This document shows positions 53,535-63,447 of a stretch of DNA of 64,000 bases, piece after piece; within the stretch, counting starts at the first letter, position 1, and every line of letters starts with the position of its first letter. A program made the translations under genes and the position numbers. The notes under the pieces are model-generated. The model was not told the DNA's origin, searched no databases, and was given only the letters and a program-made list of their open reading frames with translations. This DNA is from a bacterium (GTDB lineage: Bacteria > Zhuqueibacterota > Zhuqueibacteria > Zhuqueibacterales > Zhuqueibacteraceae). The stretch lies in the NCBI GenBank assembly GCA_044869275.1, contig JBIOXB010000223.1:96001-160000 (forward strand). The letters run 5' to 3'.

Positions 53535-54527
53535 CTACGTTCGAGGCCACGCCGACTCATATGCGGCAATAATTCTATCCATCAGCCCGTTCATTTCTTC
53601 ATTCACGACCTGCTGCGAAGGATTGGAATCAAACCAACTCATAATCTCCTCTGCACCGCGGGCAAAGGGAATGGTGGCGGCATAGTCTGGAACCAGGCGC
53701 TTGATCTTGCTGTTGTCAAAGATCATGCTGTGTGTTTTATCGCCCAACAAGCTTGCTCCCCACTCCGGATCGAAAGCGGCGATGAATTCTGAGGGCACGT
53801 GGACCAGGCGGGCCTGCGTGCCTGCCGCGCGCGCCACGATTTCAAATATCTGATTCCAGGTCAGCACTTCATCGGAGGTGATGTGGAAGGCCTCTCCCAG
53901 CGCGCGATGATTGCCCAATAAGCCCACAAATCCCTTGGCAAAATCGCGATGATGCGTTAAGGTCCACAGCGAAGTCCCATCGCCGTGCACGATAACTTTT
54001 TTCCCCTCGCGCATACGGTGCACCGTGGTATAGTGCCCGTGCATAGGCAGCAGGGTCGCGTCATAGGTATGTGAGGGGCGAACGATCGTCATCGGAAACC
54101 CCTCCTCGCGGTAAGCCTTAATCAACCGTTCTTCACAAGCAATCTTGTTCCGCGAGTAAGCCCAGTGAGGATTGCGGAGTGGCGTGGATTCGGTGACCGG
54201 CAAAAACACGGGTGGAGTTTGATAGACCGAGGCCGAGCTGATAAAGATATACTGCGCGGTACGGCCTCGGAACAACTGCAGGTCGATATCGATGTGGTCC
54301 GGTGTGAAGGCAATCCAATCAACCACGGCGTCAAAGGTCCGATCACTGAGGATTCCCTTCATTGCGTCAGGCTGGCGGATATCGCCGGTCAGCATCTCCA
54401 CGCCTGCCGGTATGCGGCGATGGGAGTGGCCGCGATTCAGCAGGCAAATCTCCATTCCCCGTTCTGCAGCGCGTCGAGTACAGGCCGAGCTAATGACGCC
54501 TGTGCCGCCAATGAATAGGACTTTCAA
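53535..54527 (-). CDS. NAD-dependent epimerase/dehydratase (atypical SDR)
   Basis: FIGGTGVIS, FISSASVY, YSRNKIACE and IVRPSHTY motifs. Confidence 0.92.
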   Translation of the reverse strand: MKVLFIGGTGVISSACTRRAAERGMEICLLNRGHSHRRIPAGVEMLTGDIRQPDAMKGILSDRTFDAVVDWIAFTPDHIDIDLQLFRGRTAQYIFISSASVYQTPPVFLPVTESTPLRNPHWAYSRNKIACEERLIKAYREEGFPMTIVRPSHTYDATLLPMHGHYTTVHRMREGKKVIVHGDGTSLWTLTHHRDFAKGFVGLLGNHRALGEAFHITSDEVLTWNQIFEIVARAAGTQARLVHVPSEFIAAFDPEWGASLLGDKTHSMIFDNSKIKRLVPDYAATIPFARGAEEIMSWFDSNPSQQVVNEEMNGLMDRIIAAYESAWPRT

Positions 54528-54593
54528 GGCTTATCTCCTTCTCGTGGACGGTCACGAAAATTCTTCTAACCACTTGACGATGTCAGAAGGAAT

Positions 54594-54711
54594 CAGACGG
54601 TGTGAAAACTTGAGAATGCCGCACCCTGAGCTTGTCGAAGGGTGCCAAGTTCAAGTATCCGGCTTCGACAAGCTCAGCCGGCGTTGAAATCAAGCGTTTT
54701 CATACAGTCTG
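54594..54711 (-). mobile_element. 118-bp MITE, copy B (inverted relative to A)
   Basis: Near reverse complement of 53362-53480; flanked by AAT/AAT within GAAGGAAT^CTT. Confidence 0.85.
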
Positions 54712-54838
54712 AATCTTAGGCAGCATAATCACAGTGCTGGATTCATCCAAGATGCAGTTACGACAGCGATTTTTTATTGGTGAAATACATTTTGACCTCC
54801 AAAATTAATTTGACCAATTCACGGCCATAGTAGAAACA

Positions 54839-54878
54839 AAATCCGCGAAAATCAGCTTGATCCGTGTCATCCGTGGTC
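54839..54878. repeat. Nonamer-periodic repeat arm
   Basis: ATCCGCGAAA ATCAGCTTG ATCCGTGTC ATCCGTGG. Confidence 0.6.
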
Positions 54879-54938
54879 AGAATAGCATAAAAAACTGCCT
54901 TTGAAAATCCTCTGCCCCTGTCGCCTGCTGGCGTGGTT

Positions 54939-56729
54939 TCAATCCTCCAGCTTATCATACCAATTCATCTTCAAAATGAAACTGGTAGCGGCCAGCACGA
55001 TGAGGTCATAAGCAATATACCTCATTTCTTGAATCACGAGGAAGATAGGCAGTGCCACCAAGCTCGTTTGCCAGATGATGCCGATGGCGACGTTGAACAT
55101 ATCGCGCCTGAAATTCTGGTTGGCTTTGAAATTCGGATCTTCGGCAATCACCTGCTCGTGCACCGGCTTCCAGAAGCCCCAGGGGCGCACGGTTTTGTAA
55201 AATTTCTTGAGCACTTCCATGTCGTCCGGCTGGGTGGCAAACGTGGCGATGAAACATCCCGCCAGCGAGACCGCCAGGATGATGGGAAATTGGTAAAGAT
55301 TCGGGGTAATTTCCACCACTAACGGCGTGATGAGCGAAGCCGCTATGCCGGTCACCATGCCCCAGAAATAGCCATAGCCATTGAACCGCCACCAATACCA
55401 TTTGAGGATATTGGCCGCGGTGTATCCGCCCCACAGGGCATTCACAATCCATTGCGTGACCGAATTGATGGATTCCACGAAGAAACCGAACCCAATGCCC
55501 ACCACCACGACGGCAAGCGAGCAGATATAGCTCATTCTGATATAGGTCCTGGAATCGGCATTCGGATTGATGAAGCGTTTGTAAATATCGTTGACCAGGT
55601 AAGCCGGCGCGGCATTCACCGTCGCCGCAAAGGTGGACATGAATGCCGCCAGCAGACCGGCCATGAGAATGCCGAGCAAACCGATGGGCACGAAATTACC
55701 CAGGGCATATGGCAGAATCAGCTCAAAGTCGAGATTCTCGCCCATGCTTTGCAATTGCGGGATAAAGTAAGCCAGTGCGAGAACGGTCAGCCCGGCGATC
55801 AACATATAGCGCGGAAAGAACAGCACGATGGAAACGAATCCGTTCATTTTTGCTGCTTCCTTCGGCGAGCGCGTCGAGAGAATGCGCTGCATATCATAAT
55901 TCGGTGCCGGACCGGCCATGCTCACCAGCGTGCCTTTGAACAGCATCATGCCCCAAAAAATCGCGAACAAAGAATAACCATCCGCGGCAATTTTCGCATT
56001 CACAGAATCCAAAATGCCGCTCCAGTCCAGGTTTAGATTCCAGCCGAAAAAGAGGTCTTTCCAGCCGGCGGGCAGCACACGATTCAGCGTCTCGGGGCTC
56101 ACTTTCATGATCGCGATGACGCCGACGGCGATGGAAGCGATGACCATAATGGCGAACTGCACGAGCTCCGTGAGCACCACGCTGAACATGCCGCCTTTAA
56201 CGACATAAATCGTCGTAATGCCCATCAGGATGATGGCATAGGTATTCGGCGACAGGTGCCACGGCAGAAAGGTCGCCGCAAACTTGCCGATGCCTTTGAA
56301 GTCATAAGCGAGAAAGCCAATCACGCTTACCATGGCAAAGACCACAATAATAATGTGGCTCATCGTTGCGCCTGTGCCCGTGCCAAAGCGGGTTTTGAGC
56401 CACGCGGCACCGGTCATGGCATTCGAGCGGCGCAGCCAGGAGGAGAGAAAGACCATCAAAAAAACCTGATTGAAAACGGGCCACAGCCAGGGAATGAACA
56501 CACCCTTCAAACCGTAAACAAAGGTGAGATAGACCAGCCACATCGTGCCTGTGACGTCAAACATGCCCGAGGCATCTGAAACACCCAGGTAATACCACGG
56601 CAGGACGTTGCCGCCCAAGAAATAGGATTCCAGATTTTTGGTTGCCCGTTGGGCAATCCAAAAACCGATGACCAGCATTGAAGCCAGGTACGCGATGATG
56701 ATACTGATGTCGACCCAGTGCAGCTGCAT
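54939..56729 (-). CDS. Sodium:solute symporter (putative sugar/oligosaccharide)
   Basis: YFLGG..LPW, SGMFDVTGTMW, QRILS and LAAFMST motifs; multiple TMs; GGAG RBS before MQLHW. Confidence 0.93.
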   Translation of the reverse strand: MQLHWVDISIIIAYLASMLVIGFWIAQRATKNLESYFLGGNVLPWYYLGVSDASGMFDVTGTMWLVYLTFVYGLKGVFIPWLWPVFNQVFLMVFLSSWLRRSNAMTGAAWLKTRFGTGTGATMSHIIIVVFAMVSVIGFLAYDFKGIGKFAATFLPWHLSPNTYAIILMGITTIYVVKGGMFSVVLTELVQFAIMVIASIAVGVIAIMKVSPETLNRVLPAGWKDLFFGWNLNLDWSGILDSVNAKIAADGYSLFAIFWGMMLFKGTLVSMAGPAPNYDMQRILSTRSPKEAAKMNGFVSIVLFFPRYMLIAGLTVLALAYFIPQLQSMGENLDFELILPYALGNFVPIGLLGILMAGLLAAFMSTFAATVNAAPAYLVNDIYKRFINPNADSRTYIRMSYICSLAVVVVGIGFGFFVESINSVTQWIVNALWGGYTAANILKWYWWRFNGYGYFWGMVTGIAASLITPLVVEITPNLYQFPIILAVSLAGCFIATFATQPDDMEVLKKFYKTVRPWGFWKPVHEQVIAEDPNFKANQNFRRDMFNVAIGIIWQTSLVALPIFLVIQEMRYIAYDLIVLAATSFILKMNWYDKLED

Positions 56730-56783
56730 AATCTCCCTCTTTGTTTTTGCCAACAGCAAGATGCTGAAAAATCAGCTCAGCGA

Positions 56784-58493
56784 CTACGGCTGCCGCGTGA
56801 TCAAGCAAGCAAGGTCTTTTGAGAAGGGAGGAATCGCCAGCGACAGTACACCGTCGCCCTTCACTTCAGCCTCGGTTTTTTTCTCGTGAAAATTTCCGCT
56901 CTGAGGATCATACCAGGCGATGGCGTAGCGTCCGGGCGCGAGGTCAGGAATGGATTGCGAGAACGCGCCTATTTGCTGCGGCTGCTTGTCTTCATTTACC
57001 AGCGACCATTGGTAAGCCTCGTTCTTGAGCCACAGGGCACATTGTTCTCCGCTGTAAATGCAACGCACCAGGCAGGGTGCTTGTTCTTCAGGTTTTGCTT
57101 CCAAACGGCCAACGGGCAGGGTGGCGAAGACCAGGTGCTTCGCTTCAAAGCTTATCTTCTCCGCAAAGCGCGAGAGCTTCACATATTCGCTCCAAAGATT
57201 GTGTGGATCGATGTAATTGTCCCACCACCAACTGAGCGGAATGATGGGCGTTTCATTGAACCAGCCGGACCAAATGCCGTTGTGAAGCCCGATGTGTTGT
57301 GGATCGACTTGATAGGTCAGGTCGCCGCCGCGGAACTCGACGCCGAACTCGCCCAAGACAAAAGGCTTTTGATAGTATTCGATCATGGCTTCATGCAGAT
57401 CTGTGAAGTGCGGGGCAATATTCAGCGCGTTGTAATCGTGATACATGACAAAATCCATCGCCGGCGATTTGAAGGCCTCCACCAGCTTCTCCGGAAGTCC
57501 GCGCGTCCCGCTGGTCGAAACCAGGCGCTCGTGCACGTCGATGGACTTGATATACTCCGCCATCTCCACGTGCCAGCGATTTACCGGAATGGCCTTGCCC
57601 GCCATCAAATCCGCCTCGTTATAAAACTCCCACGCCGCAAGGCGGGAGCTATGCCCAAAACGAGAGACGATATATTTGTAGCGCTTTTTGAAAAATGCCT
57701 TCGCGAACTCGTTGGTAAAAAGCTCTGCGCCATCTACACAGGGGCCGCCGTTGGTTCTATTGTAGGGATTTATCAGCCAGCGATTTTCCCTGAAATACCC
57801 CATACCCTTGCGCGCGACACCGTGGTAATCCATGCAAAGAATCACGAAAATGCCGTACTTGTCTCCCAACTGCAGAATGGCGTCAAGCTGGCGGGCCGAG
57901 TCCAAGTTATAGCGGCCCAGGCCGGTTTCTTGCCATTCAAAGGATAGATTCCACGGGCACATCCACACGCGCGTCACATTCATGCCTGCGGCTTGCATCT
58001 TCTTGAAGTAATATTCATAATCGCTGGCCCAGCAAACATTCACCCCGATCCCGCGAAACGCCTGCCCATTCTCATATGCAAAAACCCCGAGCCGTTCCGA
58101 GATTTTCAGCCCTCCTTTGTTTTTTGCCGAATCAGGCTTGACCGGTAATTCAAATTGTTCTTGCACTTTCCCATTGATGATGACGCTGAAGCGATGCAGG
58201 CCGGCTTGCTTGGGCGCAAAACGCGCTTCCCATTGCTCCACGCTGTCGGCATTCGTGCCATCGTAGAAAAAGGAGAGGGTGCGCCGGGAGAAATCCGGCT
58301 GCTGAATGAGCAGCTCCACTTGATTCGTTTCGAGATCGAAAGGATTTTCGAACCGCAGATTCGCCGCAAAATGAAATCTCATGGTTTCGTACTGCCGCCC
58401 CTCGGTGGGCCGTTCCACCATATCCCTCGCCGCGAGCGGCGCGCAAAACCCCAGGAGCATGAGCGCAACAGAAAATGGAAATGAGAGGTTCAT
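56784..58493 (-). CDS. Secreted clan GH-A glycoside hydrolase (GH5-like) with DUF5060-like N-terminus
   Basis: NPFD, WEARFAP, WEFYNE (acid/base) and LGEFG (nucleophile); ATG at 58493. Confidence 0.85.
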   Translation of the reverse strand: MNLSFPFSVALMLLGFCAPLAARDMVERPTEGRQYETMRFHFAANLRFENPFDLETNQVELLIQQPDFSRRTLSFFYDGTNADSVEQWEARFAPKQAGLHRFSVIINGKVQEQFELPVKPDSAKNKGGLKISERLGVFAYENGQAFRGIGVNVCWASDYEYYFKKMQAAGMNVTRVWMCPWNLSFEWQETGLGRYNLDSARQLDAILQLGDKYGIFVILCMDYHGVARKGMGYFRENRWLINPYNRTNGGPCVDGAELFTNEFAKAFFKKRYKYIVSRFGHSSRLAAWEFYNEADLMAGKAIPVNRWHVEMAEYIKSIDVHERLVSTSGTRGLPEKLVEAFKSPAMDFVMYHDYNALNIAPHFTDLHEAMIEYYQKPFVLGEFGVEFRGGDLTYQVDPQHIGLHNGIWSGWFNETPIIPLSWWWDNYIDPHNLWSEYVKLSRFAEKISFEAKHLVFATLPVGRLEAKPEEQAPCLVRCIYSGEQCALWLKNEAYQWSLVNEDKQPQQIGAFSQSIPDLAPGRYAIAWYDPQSGNFHEKKTEAEVKGDGVLSLAIPPFSKDLACLITRQP

Positions 58494-58623
58494 AAACTTT
58501 CCAATCTGGATGGGGTGAGGTCGTTTACGAACTGTGCTGCACGCATTATCATCGTAAGGACTATCTTGGCTTTTGCAAGGATTCAGCTCGCATCCGGTTA
58601 TTTCGCTGTGACGGAACGCGAGG

Positions 58624-60003
58624 CTACAGGCCATTCCGCTTGATGACCTCGGCATACCATTTCGCAGAAGCCTTGGGGATGCGCTGGCCGGTGCGAAAGT
58701 CAACATAGTGTAAGCCAAAACGCTTCGAATATCCCTCACCCCACTCAAAATTATCCAGGAAGGACCAGACAAAGTAACCCTGGAGATCGACGTTGTGCTG
58801 CAGTGCTTCGTAAGCAGCATTGAGATAGCCCTCGAAAAAAGCGATGCGCTGGTGATCCTCCACTTTTTCGTTCTCCAGGACCTCAGGCAAGGCGCAGCCG
58901 TTTTCCGTCACATAGATGGCGGGCGAATCGTAACGCGCGTCGATCCACTGCAACAGTTTTTGCAACCCCCAGGGAACGATATTCCATTCCATCTCGGTTT
59001 TTTTCCAAAGCGGATCGGAGCTCAGCGTGATACCTTGATCTTCAGCCATGCCGCCAGTATCTTGAACCCCATATCCAGGCTGGGCGGCAGTTGCGTGTGC
59101 GGCATACATCGTGGAATAGTGGTTCAAGCCAAAAAAATCTGCTGAGCCTTTGAGCAGCGTCTTCTCGGCCTCGGTAAAATGCGGCAGCCGGTTTCCGAGC
59201 CTTTCCCGCATCACCGCCGGATAGTCTCCCTTGAAAACCGGATCGGCAAACCAGCCCAGAAAAAATTCCACGGCGCGTTGCGCCGCTTGCCGGTCCGCCT
59301 CGCTGCCGGTGCGCGGCTCTCGCCAGTCGCAATTGTTGCTCAGGGAGATGCGCCCTTTTTGATGCGGCTGAAATTGCGTGCGATATTTTTCCACCGCCAA
59401 GGCATGGGCGCGCAGCAGCGTATGCCCGCTGTGATAGGGTTCATCTCGTGAAACGCGCCCGGGCGCGTGTATGCCGAGACCATGGCCCAAAACCGCACTG
59501 CACCACGGTTCGTTCAAGGTCAACCAATGTTTGACGCGATCGCCCAAAGCCTCAAAGCAAATGGCCGCGTAGTCCGCAAAGAACGTGGCGAGCTGGGGAT
59601 TGAGCCAGCCGTTGTATTCCATTTGCAAGGCCAGAGGCAAGTCCCAATGATAAAGTGTGACCCAGGGCGTGATCTGATGTGCCAGCAACGTGTCGATCAA
59701 GTCGGAATAAAAGCGCAGACCTTTAGGATTGGGCTTGCCCTGGCCCGAGGGTTGAATGCGCGGCCACGAGAGCGAGAAGCGATAGGCGCGCAGACCCATG
59801 CCGGCCATAAGTTCGACGTCTTCTTTAAAGCGATAGTAATGGTCGCAGGCGAAATCTCCGTTCTCGTCGTTTTTTATTTTCCCCGGGATGTGGCAAAAGC
59901 CGTCCCAAATCGACAGGCCTTTGCCGGCCTCGAGCCACGCCCCTTCGATTTGATAGCTCGAGGTGGCCGCGCCCCACACAAAATCGGTTGGGAATTTTTT
60001 CAT
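58624..60003 (-). CDS. GH1 beta-glucosidase
   Basis: FVWGAATSSYQIEG, TLYHWDLP, TLNEP, VTENG and DNFEW motifs. Confidence 0.97.
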   Translation of the reverse strand: MKKFPTDFVWGAATSSYQIEGAWLEAGKGLSIWDGFCHIPGKIKNDENGDFACDHYYRFKEDVELMAGMGLRAYRFSLSWPRIQPSGQGKPNPKGLRFYSDLIDTLLAHQITPWVTLYHWDLPLALQMEYNGWLNPQLATFFADYAAICFEALGDRVKHWLTLNEPWCSAVLGHGLGIHAPGRVSRDEPYHSGHTLLRAHALAVEKYRTQFQPHQKGRISLSNNCDWREPRTGSEADRQAAQRAVEFFLGWFADPVFKGDYPAVMRERLGNRLPHFTEAEKTLLKGSADFFGLNHYSTMYAAHATAAQPGYGVQDTGGMAEDQGITLSSDPLWKKTEMEWNIVPWGLQKLLQWIDARYDSPAIYVTENGCALPEVLENEKVEDHQRIAFFEGYLNAAYEALQHNVDLQGYFVWSFLDNFEWGEGYSKRFGLHYVDFRTGQRIPKASAKWYAEVIKRNGL

Positions 60004-60150
60004 GGTCTCACTTTCGGGTTGAACGTACCGCACGTGTGGTAAATAAATTGTGGCATTATTTGGCGAGCAACATGCGCTGCACTTGCTGATGCTTCCCTGC
60101 CTGAAGACGATAAAAATAAATTCCGCATGAAGGTCTCACGTTGGTCAAAA

Positions 60151-61134
60151 TCAGGAATTGCTTTTTATAAAAGCGATGAGCTCATCCACCTGAGCAAAGG
60201 CGATCGCCGTGTAAGTATCCGCTGCGCCATAGTAGATCGCAATCCGGCCCGTTTCTGCATCGCACAGAGTCGCGCAGGGAAACACCACGTTCGGAACAAA
60301 CCCTGCAATTTCGTATTGCTTCTCCGGTGTAAGGATATAGTCCCTGGTGCGATATAGCACTTTGCTGGGCTCCTCTAAGTCCAGCAAGGCCGCGCCCATG
60401 CTGTATACGAAGCCATTGCACGTGGTGGTTACGCCGTGATAGAAAAGCAACCAGCCTTCCCTGGTTTCAATGGGCACCGGCCCGGCGCCGATCTTGGTCG
60501 CTTGCCACCAGCTTCTGCCGCCGCTTGACATCACGTGCCGGTGTTTGCCCCAGAACGTCAGGTCGGGGCTGTAGCTGAGAACGATATCGCCGAACGGTGT
60601 GTGGCCACTGTCGCTGGGACGGCTCAACATCACATAAAGGCCATTGATCCTTCTGGGAAACAGCACACCGTTCCGGTTGAACGGCATGGTGGGATTTTCC
60701 AGACGGGTAAAGGTTTTGAAATCTTTGGTCATTCCCATGCCGATGGAGGGGCCGGGGAAATCGTCGCACCACGTAATATAGTAAGCATCTTCGATCCTCA
60801 ACAAGCGAGGATCGTAAGCGTAACTGGTCGGCGCCGAATTCCCCTTCTCATCCACCCAATTGATGTCGCGAGGATTCAGTTCCCAATGGATGGCATCCTG
60901 ACTTCTCCCAAAATGCAATTGCGGGCGGCCGTTCCTGTGGTCCACCCGGAAAACGCCGACAAAGGCGCGCTCATACGGAAGCACGGCGCTATTAAAAGCT
61001 CGTGCGCCGCAGGGAATGGGGTTCCAATCAATAATCGGATTCTTGCTGTAGCGCCACACCACCTCGCCCCGATCTTTGGGTTTGTTTTCCCACGGGATAT
61101 TGGGCAATCTTGCTCCGACGATCATTTCGCTCAT
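60151..61134 (-). CDS. GH130 beta-mannoside phosphorylase
   Basis: WRYSKNPII, FNSAV, YAYDPR, NRNGVLFP, SRPSDSGHTPFG and YYGAAD motifs. Confidence 0.95.
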   Translation of the reverse strand: MSEMIVGARLPNIPWENKPKDRGEVVWRYSKNPIIDWNPIPCGARAFNSAVLPYERAFVGVFRVDHRNGRPQLHFGRSQDAIHWELNPRDINWVDEKGNSAPTSYAYDPRLLRIEDAYYITWCDDFPGPSIGMGMTKDFKTFTRLENPTMPFNRNGVLFPRRINGLYVMLSRPSDSGHTPFGDIVLSYSPDLTFWGKHRHVMSSGGRSWWQATKIGAGPVPIETREGWLLFYHGVTTTCNGFVYSMGAALLDLEEPSKVLYRTRDYILTPEKQYEIAGFVPNVVFPCATLCDAETGRIAIYYGAADTYTAIAFAQVDELIAFIKSNS

Positions 61135-61190
61135 ACGTGGCGTCCCTTAAGTTGATACAACGTTGGATGGGTCAGAATCAGGCCAGTTTG

Positions 61191-61261
61191 AAACCGCCAA
61201 TGAACGCGAATTTACGCTAATATGTTCTGAATTCGCGTTTATTAGCGTTCATTCGCGTTTT
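61191..61261. repeat. Nonamer-periodic palindrome
   Basis: CCGCCAATG AACGCGAAT TTACGCTAAT ... ATTCGCGTTT ATTAGCGTTC ATTCGCGTTT. Confidence 0.85.
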
Positions 61262-61312
61262 GAGAATTGGGAAAGTCATTTAATTCTCAATGCTAAATTT
61301 GTACCGGATATT

Positions 61313-61927
61313 TTATTTCTCTCTTACCAGAATCGTGTTATTGACTTCGATCAATTCGCGTTTCCGCAGGCCTGCGGCAATGGCCTGGGTATATTGGGGT
61401 TGAACTTTTTCCAATGCGACCGCACCTTTCAAGACTTGATCCAATATGCCGTCGGCATTTTGATCGACAATAATGATGATCTCCGGGTGGACGGCCTGAC
61501 GATGATCCGTAATCACAAACTCATTGAAAGGCCGGGCATTGGCGGGCCGGAAGCTTCTGATTTCGATCTGGGAACCGTTTTTTTCGTACACGTAACGGGC
61601 GACGCGCGGAATGCGCACCTGCAATTTGTTTTCTTGGGCGAGGCGGGCGAGACCATGCTCATAAATCTTTTGGGCTTCGCTTAGACTCGTTTCTCCGAAC
61701 AGGATACGATCGAGGACACGATCCTGATCAAAATCCGCCGCCACAAAGTTTTTCCCAACCAGCTCGTTGTAGGACTCTTTTTTATCCTCCGAGAAAATAG
61801 AACGGATACGGTGGACCTCATCGTTGTAGCTGAACCTGTACTGTGAGGCGCTGGGTTGCGGCTTCTGAGGCGCACATGCGCTCATGAGAAGCAACATTAA
61901 TATGCAGCTTGGGACCGAGATTTTCAT
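61313..61927 (-). CDS. Hypothetical lipoprotein with two DxDxDxxLD-like motifs
   Basis: GGAGG RBS, MKISV...LLMSAC lipobox, DFDQDRVLD and DQNADGILD. Confidence 0.75.
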   Translation of the reverse strand: MKISVPSCILMLLLMSACAPQKPQPSASQYRFSYNDEVHRIRSIFSEDKKESYNELVGKNFVAADFDQDRVLDRILFGETSLSEAQKIYEHGLARLAQENKLQVRIPRVARYVYEKNGSQIEIRSFRPANARPFNEFVITDHRQAVHPEIIIIVDQNADGILDQVLKGAVALEKVQPQYTQAIAAGLRKRELIEVNNTILVREK

Positions 61928-62087
61928 TTTGATTCCTCCGAGCGTAAAAAGAGGCATTGACGGCGCCAAGAGGACGGACAGCCAAACCCAGCGTTTTCCC
62001 ATCCAGCATGCGCTGGAGCACCGGGTTTGAGAGTGTGATGAAATTTTTGTGGCCGCGCTCCTGCGCCACGTCGACATCGATGATCAT
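61818..62087 (-). pseudogene. Probable C-terminal remnant of a larger gene, truncated at a REP-like element
   Basis: IIDVDVAQERGHKNFITLSNPVLQRMLDGKTLGLAVRPLGAVNASFY...PKLH reads protein-like and begins abruptly next to the repeat at ~62090-62149. Confidence 0.5.
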
Positions 62088-62193
62088 CTGGGACTAAAGC
62101 CCATTTTGACGCTGTGCCAAGCGCTCAAAAAGTTTCCTCCTGAATGACAAAAAGGGGGCGTGGCCGATTTAACGTTGTAGTAATAGGTATAGA

Positions 62194-62466
62194 TCACAAC
62201 TGCGCCGCCATTAACTGTGCTGCCTCTGCCGAGGTGCGCACCGGCACGATCTCGAATTCGGCGAGATCCCGCCACGCGTTCGTCCACACCGCGAACAGCT
62301 CGACCTCCTCAGTGCGCATGAGCTGATAGCAGGTCTCGAACTCAAGATCGACCCAACTCGAGACGTACTCCAGGCCATCAGGTAGCATCCGGCCCTGCTC
62401 GCGGGCACGGCGATAGATCTCTGGTGCTGCCCCTGTTTTAAAACGCTCGATCACCATGTAGAGCAT
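62194..62466 (-). CDS. DUF3303 family protein
   Basis: MLYMVIERF...GRMLPDGLEYVSSWV...CYQLM...WRDLAEFEIVPV. Confidence 0.85.
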   Translation of the reverse strand: MLYMVIERFKTGAAPEIYRRAREQGRMLPDGLEYVSSWVDLEFETCYQLMRTEEVELFAVWTNAWRDLAEFEIVPVRTSAEAAQLMAAQL

Positions 62467-62487
62467 CTTCGGTCTCCTCCGCCAGCG

Positions 62488-63324
62488 TCACTGCTTCACC
62501 GTTTTGTCCAATGGCCTGCCCAGACTCTCATACAAGTTTTTCCGGCCAGCCATGTCCTTGTCCAAGATTTCACGAGCGTGTTTCGCGACTTGTTCAGCCA
62601 CATGCCGGGGAACCACGATCACACCGTCGCCGTCGGCCACGACCATATCTCCAGGGCAGACCAAGACGCCGCCAATGACCACCGGGCGATTGACAGATTC
62701 CAATTCATTTCTCCCCGGGCGAATGCCGCGCCCTTTTTTTCGCAAATAAAGTGGGACCTTTTCAATCGCGATTTCATCCGTGTCTCTGGCGCAGGCATCC
62801 GTCACCACACCCACGGCGCCACTCTTGTGCCAGGCCAAAATATTGAAAGAACCAATGCTGCCGATATCCTTCTCCTCAACGTCATCGATGACCACGACCG
62901 CCCCGGGTTTAATCACTTTCGCGAAAGCTTCATGTGAATACGCATTGTAAAAATTTCCTTCCCACGTTTGAAATTCTTCCCCGGGTTTCGGGCGATCCGG
63001 TCGCTGCGTGGGGACATAGCGCGCCGTAACCGCAATTCCTCGCATCTGGTGTGAGAGATTTTCCGTATCAGTCCAATCCGCATGAATGGCCGGGTTCACC
63101 AACCCCGTGCCGGGCAGCCCAACCATATCCATGCCGTCTGAAACATCGGCCACGCGCAACCCGGCAAAGAGTTGCAGAATTCTAGCATTCTCTTCATCTG
63201 AGTATGTTTTGGTCGGGATGAAGTTCACGCCGCCTGCGAGGTCGGTTTTGTCCATCTCTTGGGACAAAATATGAGAGTTCAAACATGTAAAAATGCCCAG
63301 AAGGAGCCGGATCACTATTTTCAT
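62488..63324 (-). CDS. RraA/HMG-aldolase family protein with N-terminal signal-like peptide
   Basis: LRVADVSDGMD, GIAVT, GAVGVVTD..RD and PGDMVVADGDGVIVVP motifs. Confidence 0.9.
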   Translation of the reverse strand: MKIVIRLLLGIFTCLNSHILSQEMDKTDLAGGVNFIPTKTYSDEENARILQLFAGLRVADVSDGMDMVGLPGTGLVNPAIHADWTDTENLSHQMRGIAVTARYVPTQRPDRPKPGEEFQTWEGNFYNAYSHEAFAKVIKPGAVVVIDDVEEKDIGSIGSFNILAWHKSGAVGVVTDACARDTDEIAIEKVPLYLRKKGRGIRPGRNELESVNRPVVIGGVLVCPGDMVVADGDGVIVVPRHVAEQVAKHAREILDKDMAGRKNLYESLGRPLDKTVKQ

Positions 63325-63447
63325 AACTATTTCTCCAAATCAGTTTGGATGGGCGGCATGAGTGTATCCCTGAAGAACCGGCCTTGCTTGCTCCGCTCAA
63401 AATTCCAGTTTTCAATCAACAGAGACGGCCAAACTGGATCAATCATT

